Positions 31,130 to 43,727 of a stretch of 64,000 nucleotides of DNA are shown piece after piece (the first letter of the stretch is position 1; each line of letters opens with the position of its first letter). A model generated the notes under the pieces. That model was not told where the DNA came from. It made no database searches and saw nothing but the letters and a program-made list of their open reading frames with translations. The stretch covers positions 451,726 to 515,725 of the forward strand of contig NW_005434625.1 of assembly GCF_000315625.1 (NCBI RefSeq), read 5' to 3'. Made by a program: the position numbers and the translations under genes. Origin of the DNA: Guillardia theta CCMP2712 (taxonomy: Eukaryota; Protista; Cryptophyta).

Positions 31130-31728
31130 AGCGCCCAAAATAGCTTGCGGTCAGGGCAAATTCCTTTTAAAGGTGGGGTAGGGTTCATATGGCCAAGATT
31201 CTCCCTCCCCAACTTAGGGGATGGGGGTAGGTGGGGTCCTCGTTGAATCGACCAGGTATAGAGGGGGTCATCATTTTGACAAGCAGAGGCTCATAAACTG
31301 ATGAGTGTAGAATTTGATCTTTTATTTTCCCAACAGGCTGGCCGCAAGGCACGCCTATTGGTACCGCCGTGCGCCGGCAGTCAGCCTGAGGTAACCGGGT
31401 CACTGAATCGAACTCAACTTGGCAACTGCCGGTGGCAGCCTGAGCCTCCGGGACTCGGAGCAGGTCATGGCAGTGAACCAGTGTATCCGATCACGCCGGT
31501 GACCATCTCAAAAAGATCTCAGACAGGCTCAGGCTCCACAGTCCGTTCAACGGCGACAGTCAGTGACTCCGGCGGCACTGCCGTACAAAAAAAAAAACTT
31601 GAAAGTTAAATCCTAGTACCCTCGGACTCCGAGTCCCCGGGCCCGCCGGCGCGTCGAGGCCGCCGCCCGGCAGTACAACGTGACGGACTAAGCCTCCGGG
31701 CAAGTCACGGCCGGTAGAACTCAACGGT

Positions 31729-34700
31729 CTATCTCTTGTTGGTATTGAACTTGACTCGCAGCAGATACTTGTTCTTGATCTATCAAACAGAGTCAATGAG
31801 TTGGAGCCCTGGTTCACCATCTTGAATCATCTCATCATGAACTCACCTGACTCACGTTGTACACGATGTACTCGTTGTACAGCAGAGAGCTTTTCAGCCC
31901 GTACATCTGTGTCCCCTTCCCACAAGGAACCTCAACCTGCACCCTCTACGGTCAGGGACGTGACCTCGGAGCTCGAACCCTCACCCCATCCTCGTCGATG
32001 AAGGACGCTTTCGGATCCGGCGCAGTCTTCCCGCAGCCCTTGACGGAGATGCAGTCCTTAGGAAGCCCCTTAGGAAGAGTCTCCTTGGCCGCCATCAGCT
32101 CGTGGGACTTCCCGAGCGCAACTTCGCTGAGCATGAGGAGGCCTTCGTTGTTGGACAGCTCGGCTTTGCAGTAGTTGGCCGACTTGGAGCTCATGTCGGC
32201 GAAATAAACTCCCTTGCCTGGGTCGGGGGACGTGAGGAGAAGGAGGGAGAGGAATGAAAGGATACCAAACATGTAGCCGGTCACTGGAGCCTCGGGGGGA
32301 GCAATACGGAGACCCTGCGACAAGCCTTACCCTCCAGCTTCAGGATGACAACTCGCCTTGCCTGTGAGAGAATTCCGACCCAGTTCGTTATGCGGGAACC
32401 GTGCCAGAGCAGCTTGCGGTTTGAATCTTTGGCGAAAGGAGCAAATCTGAAGAGGGAACAGGCACGGAAGAGGATGGTCAGGGGAGGAGGAATCCATCAG
32501 GTCAGTGGATGTCAATGATCAACCTTGATCTTACCTGTCCTTTTCGCCTTCTCGTTCGATCTCGAACAAGTCCATCAATTCGGTGGTGTAGGTAGAGTGA
32601 GTAGCCGCGTGAGTGTTCCTCAGGTACTGGTCGATCATCTTCCAACGCTCATCGTCCTTGGCTATCTGCAACACAAAGATGTCACCATGGAACAAGAAAG
32701 GGGGCGGAGCAAGGCGGACGGACCGGCTTGATGTCCGTCTTGAGCCGCTTGTAGTTGGCATCTATTGGGGATTCGTCACCCCCTCCTTCCTTCTGAAGGC
32801 TGACAGCAATCTCCATCTCCAGCAAAGACTCTACAAGCTCCAGTTTCTCTTTCAGCTTGTCATGGGAGTCAATCCGATGGACAGCCGTCATCCCACCAAG
32901 GCCGAAATTCTGAGGAACGATGGTGTAGAACTGGTTAGTACAGGAGAGAATCTTCTGGTTCCTGTCGAACTCATCCAGGTTGGGATCATCGAGCACGTTC
33001 TGGATCTCCGTGAGGACTGAGTATCCTCGCTGAATCTGCTTCCTGGATAAAGCACCCAGCGGCATCTTGTCGAGATCGATCTCCATCTCGAGCATGGATT
33101 TCCTCATCATGTCAATGTCGAAGATCAGCTGGATGAGACTGGCGACGGTAGGTGGGAGTTTCGAGGAGGTGTCCTTCTGGAGCTGCGATCCGTGCTCGTC
33201 GGCCGCTGCAATACCGATCTCCATGATAGCAAACCGGCCGGGCTGCTGGGTGAAGCGATCTGGGGTGCGATCTTGCCAGGGGTTGCCGGTCTTCTCCTGG
33301 AAGAGCTTCTCGAACTCATGGATGCAGGAGTCCTTGTGCATCTTCTCCAGCTTCGTCCCCTTGGATTCCACTCCGATCCTGCCCCACTTGCGGAACAGAT
33401 GAGTCGTCTTGCTGTCGTCTGACTCGATGATCTGCAGCACGTAGTAGCTGTTGAGGCCCTCGGATATGTCGGTTCGGTTCAGGGTGGCCGAGTAGACGTT
33501 GTCCCTCACTTCCAGAATGTGCGAATTGTCGGCAAGGCCGGACTCCACGTCGACAGCACCTTTCCCCTTCACCATGATCTTGACAGTCTTGGACTGGGAG
33601 CTCTTCTTCTTCTTCTCGGGGTCCTCTGTCGCTTCCCCAGACAGGAGGTAGGGCTGCTCAGTCAGTCTCTTCCCGCTTGAGATGCATGCTTCCACGAACT
33701 CCAACTTCACCACCGGGAGCTTCCTCTTCACCGCCTGCAGGGTTTCAGCATAATATCAGACCCGATCAAGGTGGCAAAGTGCAACGAGACCTCCTTGATC
33801 GCGCTGCCACCCGCCGTATGCGCGCCGCTAGTGGTCAGAACGTGAGTGACGGACTTAGTCATCGACTTGACGATGCTTCCTGCGGGTCTTGTCATGGTTC
33901 GCAGAAGGGGAAACCAAGAGCTCGCCTCCAGCAGACTTGATCTTGCCGGACCACTCGTCGAAGTCGATGCGATAGTTCTTGGTGGAATGCAGCATGAAGA
34001 CCATGTCCTTCAAGCACGTGCTGGGGTCCGAAGCTTCCTCTTGCCTCCTCTTCGCGTTGATCACCGCGAGCTCCTCCTCAGCCTTCATCAGCCGCTGCTT
34101 CTCTCTCTCCTGAACTGACTCCCTGACTTCTTCTTGCTCGCGGATCACAGCCTTGGGGATCGCGACCTTAACGAATTTGAAGTTGTCGAGGTAGTCGTGG
34201 CCCATATCCTTCGGCATCTTGAATGCCTTCCTCTCTCCAGTGATACTGGAATATTGACATTTGGCAAATCCATCCTCAGTCCAGGTCGTGCACTTGTACA
34301 TTCCATCGCTGTACTGCAGCCTACCCTGACATTTCGGGCAGTCCCCAGGTACTCCGTGCAACATGATGTCTGCGCACCGACTTTGCAGGACAACCTCGCC
34401 TCCTCTGCTGTCCACGTCGTTATGCTCAAGGATTTCTTTGAGAAGGTTCCTTGACACGTCTTTCAGGGCATTGCGGATAGCAAACAGCTTGTCACTGTGT
34501 GCTTTGATTGCCTTCTCGTTCTTGTCCAGCTCGCTCGAGGCTGTGTTCTCCTTCTTGACAGTCTCACGGGGAGCTGCCTTCTCCTTCTTCATCTTCGACA
34601 ATGGCACATCGTCGTCCTCAACAGCGTCCTCCTCTTTCGCCCTCTTCTTCTTCTTACCTGCTTCTTCTTTGACATTCGCCTTCTGTTGGATGAGGGGCGT

Positions 34701-35559
34701 GTCGTCGTCCTCGTCAAGGTCTACCTTCTCCTCCTTCTTGGCTTTCTTCGACCCTTTCGCCGACTTGTTGTCTTCCCCAGCGGATCTCTTCCCGGATGCC
34801 TTTGCTCCTCCCTTCTCTCCCATCTTCTCTCTAACCATCGCCTGGTGGTCCGAATCCAGCAAGGAGAACCCGATAACGTCCTCCGAGGACTTCAAGTCTT
34901 CGGGTTTCCCGTCCTTGAAGAGACAGTCCAGGTGATGCCACTTGGGCGTGGGAATGAAGGGTCTGCGATCCATGGCCTCGATCCTCCCCATGCGCAGATT
35001 TCCTGCCTCAATCTTCGATTCGCACCCCCTGCATTCTGATCTGCTGCTCTTCGCGATCTCCACCTACAACCCAGTGTCATTGGAATGCTATCCAGTCAGT
35101 CAGCGTCTTTCATGGTGGTCACCTTGTAGTCACCGATGTTGCCTTCATCGTCTGCATCCGCCGGTTTGGACCCTCCTTTGCCTTTCTTGGAAGGCTGGGA
35201 GGGAGCTACAGAAAGATTTTCGTGAGGTTGCGAATTGCGCAAGGGGCGAATGCAGAAGTAAGAGAGGGATCACCTGATGCGACTGCGTTTCCAGCAACCA
35301 AGTCTTTGATCTTCTTCTGGTCTTCGAAAGAGAGCTCTGACATTCCTGCTATGTCCGACACCTCTGGCTTTGCTCCCTTACCCCCAAAGAAGCAGTCCAC
35401 ATGGAACCACATAGGGACCCAGCCATCGAAAGAAGGTGACTGAACATACTTGCCCATGCGCAAGACATCCTTGCCTATGTTGTTCTTGCACTTCCTGCAT
35501 GAAGCTCGCCCGCTCTTCGCATACTCCGCCACGTGCTCCTTGTCCGGGCGTCCCACCAT
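31729..35559 (-). CDS. PARP1: poly(ADP-ribose) polymerase 1 (ZnF1-ZnF2-PADR1-BRCT-WGR-regulatory-catalytic)
   Basis: [20 protein letters not shown]; [19 protein letters not shown]; CPKCQG; FRKWGRIG; KMPLGALS; [48 protein letters not shown] (H-Y-E triad present). Confidence 0.95.
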
Positions 35560-36582
35560 CTTGGTAGGATGCGCTAGAAGGAGCCTGGTAGCTAAGAGAG
35601 GTGGGGGTGGCGGTACAATGTACCCCTGAATATCATCGTTGACCAAACAGCTCATGCCATAGGGTCCATGCCCTTTGATTTTATATTTGAGATAGTATAT
35701 AAAGTTCAGCTAGATCATACTTGATGAGGTTGTACAGATGGGGAAAGTCATCGTGTTCATGACGGGTAGGGGTGATACAGAGACTAAAGGGGGTAGGACT
35801 TACACAGAGGAAGAAGGCTCCGATTGAAGCCTGCCTCAGCGGGCGGCAGGGCCTCGCCGGGTCACCAGGCCCGCCGGGGTGCATAGTTGATAGTTCATTT
35901 ACTCAAAGTTAAGTTAAAATCAGTACGATAGTAGGCTTTCAACTTCGAGTGAAACCCCGGCCAGTCTCTAGTAAAAGTTAAACCAGTCGGATTGGGAAGA
36001 AGGTCACCGCTGCGAAGTTGTGCGAGAGCGAGGAGGTCCACTGGCTGAGGAAGGCGTCCCAGCGGCGCTCGAGGGCCAACTGGCAAGATCATCGGCCAAG
36101 ATGGTGGCCGACGAGTTCGCCAAGGCTGGAGATCCCCACGGTCACGCGGAGCTCCGACACTGCCGACATGCACGGCGGGGAGCACTCGAGCGCTGAGGGT
36201 CTCGCCCACCACCGTCACGGAGACCCTCTTCCAATTGCGTCGCGATGTCCGTCACCCTGCTGCGGTCGCTGATCGGCAGCATCAAAGGGCGTAGACCGCA
36301 CCCGCACCAGCTTCGCCATACCGGCGCCCGTGGATTTTCTGATGGACTCCTTCGTGGTGGGCAAGACGACGGAGCAGATCAACGAGAGCATGCAGAAGCT
36401 GACCTCGCTACCGATAGAATCGCATGAATCATAGATTGTATTGATGTATTTAAAAGCATATTAGACGGCACTTCTCCTTGATGGCTTGACGAGAACGGCG
36501 TCTTCCTTATCGTGCTTGGTCTGTCTTGGCTTTGCCATGATGGTAAGTGCCGGTGGGGACCCAAGCCGATTTATATCTTGGA

Positions 36583-38323
36583 TCAAACCGGCACGCCGGG
36601 CAGCCCGATCAACTCCTCCTCCGCCACCGGCTCCTCTGGCCTCCTCGTCACGTTGATCTCCGCGAGCTCCTCCTCAGCCTTCATCAGCCGCTGCTTCTCC
36701 CTCTCCTGTACTGACTCCCTGACTTCTTCTTGCTCGCGCATCATAGCCTTCGGGATCGCGACCTTCACGAATTTGAAGTTGTCGAGGTAGTCGTGGCCCA
36801 TATCCTTCGGCATCTTGAATGCCTTCCTCTCTCCAGTGATACTCGAATATTGACATTTGGCAAATCCATCCTCAGTCCAGGTCGTGCACTTGTACATTCC
36901 ATCGCTGTACTGCAGCCTACCCTGACATTTCGGGCAGTCCCCAGGTACTCCGTGCAACATGATGTCTGCGCACCGACTTTGCAGGACAACCTCGCCTCCT
37001 CTGCTGTCCACGTCGTTATGCTCAAGGATTTCTTTCCTTGAGAAGGTTCCTTGACACGTCTTTCAGGGCATTGCGGATAGCAAACAGCTTGTCACTGTGT
37101 GCTTTGATTGCCTTCACGTTCTTGTCCAGCTCGCTCGAGGCTGTGTTCTCCTTCTTGACAGTCTCACGGGGAGCTGCCTTCTCCTTCTTCATCTTCGACA
37201 ATGGCACATCGTCGTCCTCAACAGCGTCCTCCTCTTTCGCCCTCTTCTTCTTCTTACCTGCTTCTTCTTTGACATTCGCCTTCTGTTGGATGAGGGGCGT
37301 GTCGTCGTTGTCGATGTCGAAGATCAGCTGGATGAGACTGGCGACGGTAGGTGGGAGTTTCGAGGAGGTGTCCTTCTGGAGCTGGGATCCGTGTTCGTCG
37401 GCCGCTGCAATACCGATCTCCATGATGGCGAACCGGCCGGGCTGCTGGGTGAAGCGATCTGGGGTGCGATCTCGCCAGGGGTTGCCGGTCTTCTCCTGGA
37501 AGAGCTTCTCGAACTCATGGATGCAGGAGTCCTTGGGCATCTTCTCCAGCTTCGTCCCCTTGGATTCCACTCCGATCCTCCCCCACTTGCGGAACAGATG
37601 AGTCGTCTTGCTGTCGTCCGACTCGATGATCTGCAGCACGTAGTAGCTGTTGAGGCCCTCTGAGATGTCCGTTCGATTCAGGGTGGCGGAGTAGATGTTG
37701 TCCCTAACTTCTAGAATGTGCGAATCGTCGGCAAGGCCGGACTCCACGTCGACGGCACCTTTCCCCTTCACCATGATCTTGACAGTCTTGGACTGAGAGC
37801 TCTTCTTCTTCTTCTCGGGGTCCTCTGTCGCTTCCCCGGACAGGAGGTAGGGCTGCTCAGTCAGTCTTTTCCCGCTTGAGATGCATGCTTCCACGAACTC
37901 CAACTTCACCACCGGGAGCTTCCTCTTCACCGCCTGCAGAGTTTCAGCACAAGATCAGACCCGATCAAGGTGGCAAAGTGCAACAAGACCTCCTTGATCG
38001 CGCTGCCACCCGCCGTATGCGCGCCGCTGGTGGTCAGAACGTGAGTGACGGACTTAGTCATCGACTTGACGATGCTTCCTGCAGGTCTTGTCATGGTTCG
38101 CACAAGGGGAGACCTAGAGCTCGCCTCCAGCAGACTTGATCTTGCCGGACCACTCGTCGAAGTCGATGCGATAGTTCTTGGTGGAATGCAGCATGAAGAC
38201 CATGTCCTTTAAGCACGTGCTGGGGTCCGAAGCTTCCGCTTGCTTCCTCCCGGGAGTCGCGTTGATCACCGCGAGCTCCTCCTCAGCCTTCAACAGCCGC
38301 TGCTTCTTGGCTGCCCGCAGCAT
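36583..38323 (-). pseudogene. rearranged partial PARP1 duplicate (BRCT-WGR joined to linker-PADR1), frameshifted
   Basis: 37309-38307 matches 33110-34102 and 36630-37308 matches ~34034-34708; introns retained; a 4-nt insertion near 37035 truncates the ORF at 37022. Confidence 0.8.
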
Positions 38324-40542
38324 CCTCCCCCACCCTAGCTAGTACGGTATCAAAAATACCCCCCTCCCCCGGGGAGGGAAAAACTTTCAAGCCCGTCGAG
38401 TACCCCTCATGCATGGTGGGGGCCTGAGGCAGGATGAAGATCTCATATCACACCTGTAGGAGATGATCGAGCTTCTTTCTCAACTCTGCAGGTTGGGCTA
38501 AGGTTTGAATCATCCATCCAGTAATGGAATATGTGCCCTTGGTTCATACAATCCGCGGGTGTACTTGCAAATATGCTTCGAAGACATGATAAAATCTTTA
38601 TGATCAGGTAAGGAACTAATAATGGATACACCATTGAACAGAATCAACTCTGATCGACCCTTCGTTCAAATTGCCGTGGGTTGCACGTTGCGCTTAAATG
38701 CATGATTTGTGAGAAATTTGTATCCAGCTGTACCTTGAGCGACTTTTCTGTCTAGCAATATGTTCTCGTGTCATCACTCACTTTCAATTCTTCTAGTTTT
38801 ACATCTCACTGCATGGAAGAACATGCAAAACTGAAGGAAAAGCTCAACGGACAGTTCTAAATGAACAGATACAACGCATTTTAGCAGTCACGGTCGGAGC
38901 AGCTCGATGCTTGAACACAAAGATGATCCTCAGTACTGTCGAAAGATGACAAGCAAGTCCCGTGGTTCGTGAAGGATTCTTCATCCAATTCTCAAGGATA
39001 TGTTGGAACGATGAAACATTTTGCAAATCACCAATTTCATCACACTAACTAATGCATCATGTAAATATTACTGGTGTGAACTTGCATCAGATTCTGTTCA
39101 TCGGATTAGCCGCTATCAGGCAGTTGATGTCACACCAAACAAGAGAGCGATTTTGAAGACGCTGATATTCCTGGCCGTAGAGCATTTATGATGTGGCCAC
39201 ATGTCACATGCTTCTTGGTTAACGCAGATACAACCTCGCCAGGCAAAAGATGGAACGCCTTCAGGATTACAGGGAGGTCGGTTGAGCTTGTACCCTGATT
39301 GTAACTCTTCTAATAAAGATGTGATAACCTGAATGTGCAATTCTGTTAATTGATTCACAGTGTTTACGACTCGATTGCAATCATCGAGTGCTTGTTCTGT
39401 TGAACAAGGCACTACTCTGTAGAGCACTGCGACAAGAACTCTACAGTTGCACGGTAGCATTGCGAACCGGGCCAGTGACAAAACAAGACAGGATTGATCC
39501 GATGAACATCTCATTTATTGATACGCAAAGGCATCATCTGCACATTTTTTCATTTCTGACTAGGTTTTTGTGCAATCGAAAGCGTTGTGGAAATATCATG
39601 ACAAAGGAAAGATTTGAAGCGAAACGGAAAAATCATCCAAATATGCCATTCGGAGCATGGATATAGTGATTCATGATCAACAACAATTCGTTACAGTCAT
39701 CTATGCGGGCAGGTACAGTCATCCTTTGTGCAAACGTCTCTTCATGAATCGATGAACGGTTAAGTGCATGTAAGCCTTGCCTCCATAGAGGCAAAGTGAA
39801 GTGCATGAATCCTGACCAACCATGTCAATATTTTGCCTAGACTTGATCGACTCCCGAGTCCTGAACTTATCTTTGTTTGTGCCCATTTCATGTCACAACC
39901 TTTTCACATCGGGACAGTTCTGCGATGTGTCGAAAACCCCTTAGTATGCAGCCAGTGTCTCGAGAGTTTTGTATGCTGGGCGGCTTACTGGTACGTCTAC
40001 GTACTCCTGGATACCGGTTTGTAATATTGGTTGGGCACTTGCCAAAGTCTTCACCCGTTCATCAATCTCATACAAGTTGCCAAAGGCTGCGAATCATTCG
40101 AACCTGCATCAGGAACACGTCATTTGGATCTCTTCCCGTGATAAATTCGATGAAAAAAAAAGAGATAAATGCTCACCTGACTTGTCTTGCTCTGTCAAAC
40201 GCTGCACATCCTCATATTTGTACGGCTTCGCAGAGTTCACAGTGGCGGGAAACGTTTCGATCAGGGTTTCCCGTTCCTCATCCGTTTGCAGCAGTGCCCC
40301 AAGTCGGATCATCGGATCACCTGAGACATCTTGCGAAGCCGAGAGACCCACTGGGATCAGAGTAACGGATTGCCTCCCCAAGTTCCTCAGTAAAGTAGTC
40401 ACAGGGACCCCTACCCCGTCGTGCTCTGTAAAACGCACCCCTACGGATAGGGAAGACTACCCACCCATCCTTTGCTCCGGTTTGCCCTTCCTTTTTTAGT
40501 CAATAGAAAAATCCAATGAGTTTTAACGCTTCCGACTCAGCC

Positions 40543-43430
40543 ATGAAAGCGGAACGCAGGAAGTTGAGAAAGAAACGAGAGGAGGATGGCGAGGACGAGG
40601 ACAATGGCGAGGACGAGGAGCAGCTGTAATGGTTACTGTGCGGATAGAATTGAAGGGCCGGGATGGGTCAAGATGTGTTTCTTCATGTTTGACGGCTGTT
40701 GAGCTGTGTTATCATCCGAAGTTAATTTTCCTGACTTTCGCAAGAATTTGCAGGGGAATGGAAGAAAACATGGAGGAAGTGAAAGAGGTAAAGGAGAATG
40801 GAATTCGGTCCAACGCAGTGCTTGTTGAACAAGGTAAGCATCATTGCCGTGCGTGTTGTGGTGACTCCTTGGAAGGGAATCGGCCGAATTCCACAGCAGC
40901 ACAGTATGAAGCCGAGCTACAAGAAATCAAAGCAAGAACGATGTACAATCTTATTGAGGAGGTGACAGTGGGTGCGGTGAAGAAGAGGTTGTTGCTATTG
41001 ACGAACAGACAAGCTTCACTCTTCAACAAGAAGTCAGTGCAGAAACTGCTGGATGCCTTTGAGATCCCGCACAAGCCAAAGCTGGTGATCAAACTTGTGC
41101 ATTCGGAGCTCGGCATCAATCAGTTGAAGAGATATCGCACGGAGCATGAGGTAGTGATGAAAGGGAATCACGATATCCGTGACGACTTCATGTATGATAA
41201 TTATTTGTGGAGTCCACCCGGTCCTACTTACACGGAAGACGAGATTGAGCAGGGAGAGAACCGGCTGTGCCAGTTCTTCAGGGATGTGCTCGTTCCCCTG
41301 TGTGCTCAGACAAACGCGATCGTGTTAGCAGGATGTTCGGACTGGGACGTGATGTCTGCGGCGTTCTCGCGTGCGGTGAACCTGCAGAAGGCTTCGTGGG
41401 GGAGCGAGAAACCGTTCACTACGATAGGGTTCGGCTATCATTTCTGCTTCCACCTCAGCACCGAGACAGAAGGGACGATGGCCAATGACCTCTCCAATGC
41501 GTCGAATTTCTGGGCGAAGAAGCAGGACGTCATCGAGCGGTTCCTCCAATCGCGATGGGGAGACAAGAGCAACTGGCTCAAGCAGGACATCGTGTCAGAT
41601 TTCGACGACTACATCCTGTTTGATGCCATCAAGATCGATAACAAGGGGAATATCGAGGATGTTGAAGACACCACTCCGTCGTCTACTCTGGAGAACATGA
41701 TACTTGGTCACTTCACAGAGTCTTTGCCATGCATCTGCTTCCGAACAACAAGGAGCAACGCGGTTGTCACAAACCAGGTTTGCACTGACATCCTTAACTC
41801 TGGGACGCCGATGGTGTTTCTTGATCTCAGAGAACGACCGTTGGTGGCGGAGGCAACCAGAGGTGAGAGGCTGCACAGGGCAATGGAGCACATCGTGCAG
41901 TATCGAACAGGTCTGATGGAGATGAATCAGAATGACCCTTACGACAACTGCAACCTTGCTTGGCTGCAGAGCATAGTCTCTGGCTATGATGGGGCAGATG
42001 TCAAAGATGCGGTCTCGATTGATAGGACGTCGGAATGCATTCATGAGGCCATCACAAGGAGAGTGACGGAAGGGAAGAAGGGAAAGGTCGGGGATGGCGA
42101 CCGTCTTCACGACATTCTGTCCATCGCTGACTTTCTTACCGACGAGCTGTGTCAAAACTTCTGGCAAAGAGAGCAGATCATGCAGAAGTTGGGCTACAAG
42201 CCTCACTTCGACGACTACGGTAAACTCAAGGTGTTCTACCGGGAGATGAGAACAACCTATCATTCCATCATCCGCGAGATGCTTGTCAACGGGAACTTCT
42301 ACGGTCGCAATGTCTCAGACTTTTCGGGCCTTAGGCTGCTGATTCAAAAGCTGATCCGGATGGAGAGGATTCCTCTAGAGAACAGCATGGAAGGTCTCAT
42401 GATCCTCAGACAGGCGTGGGACACCATCGACATCTGCACCTACATCTCCATCAAGTACAAGTGGGTTGCCAAGGTCGGGTACTTCCTCTTGCTCATCATC
42501 GCCGTTGCGTCGACAGCCGTGACGGTCATGAAGGAAAAAGTGGATCAGTGCATCGGGTACAGCGAGTGCCAGCACGAGGGGAGGACCAAGGTTGCCATCT
42601 TCCTGCTATCCTTGAGTGCTTCGGTGATCGGCTCCTTCATGGCCTACCTCAACCCGGTGACCCGCTGGCGCTCCCTCCGCAACATCGCGTCGAGGATCGA
42701 GAGCACGATCTGGATGTACAGGGCGAGGGTCGGGCCGTTTGCCATGACGCCTGGGGTAGTCGATGCTGCTGAGATGGCGCTGCGCGCCCGGCTCCTGTCC
42801 TTGAGGAACGAAATCTTAACTTCTGCTGACGTGACAGAGACGGCCTTCATGCGGGAGTACAGCCCTGGCATCTTCATGCACGGGCAGAGGGAAGCAACGA
42901 GGAGGAGGAAGAAGCGCCCGTCCAACGTGCTGATGCCGGAGGGGAACAGCCAAGACAACCACCAGAGCCCTGTTACCCCCCAGCTGTTCATCGACCTCAG
43001 AGTCCAGGAGATGATAGCGTTCTACCGCAAGAGGCTGCCTTCCTACAGGAACCAGTATAACATCTACCAGCTCCTCATCATCCTCAGCTCGGCGTGCGCA
43101 GCCATCCTCGCCTCCTTCGACATGCCGCAAGTGGCCGCCATCATAGTTTCCTTCTCTGCTTGCGTGGTGTCCTGGATGGAGTTTCATGGAACGAGGCAGA
43201 AGCTGGAGAGATACAACAAGTCCCTGATGAACCTAGTGAACATCGTCACGTGGTACGAGAGCATGACGGCGGTGGAGAAAGCGTCTCTGGAGAACATCAC
43301 CACTTTGGTCATGCAGGTTGAAACAGCCATTATCGGGGAGAACAACTCGTGGTTGTCAGTGCCTTCCGCACAGAAGGACGAATCGAAGAGAGAGGAGGAG
43401 AAGGACCAGGAGGAAACCAGCTCTAAGTAG
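40543..43430 (+). CDS. SLOG (TRPM/LSDAT-like) domain + two tandem SLATT (2TM) domains
   Basis: 933-aa ORF 40629-43430, with a likely short upstream exon from 40543. PKLVIKL...VPLCAQTNAIVLAG (SLOG-like); LRQAWD..2TM..NPVTRWRSLRNIASRIESTIWMYRARVGPF; FIDLRVQEMIAFYRKR..2TM..KLERYN..L. Confidence 0.7.
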
Positions 43431-43727
43431 AAAAGAGGCGTTGCCGCTGTCTCATGTGATAGTAAATGTTTTTCATCATTCCTTTAGCAATAAGTGTCGA
43501 AATGCACAAAGCCATGTCTGTGTTCTTTACTCAAAGTTAAGTTAAAGATCAGTGGGCCGGGCCCGGCGACTGTGAGAGGGCGGGCCCGTCCGATCACGCC
43601 ACAGACCGTGTGCAGCCGCAGGGCGGCGGCCGCGCACTCACTGCGGCCGACCGACCGCTTGGGTTGTGGTGGGGATGTGGGACGGAGCTTGGCCCTCTCT
43701 CCAATGCTGGGGACACGAAGACCGGCG

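Noticed and set aside
36245-36427. PHQLRHTGA, resembling an integrase HxLRH box
   Set aside because: The 60-aa ORF lacks the other recombinase motifs, and another frame has better codon usage; probably chance.
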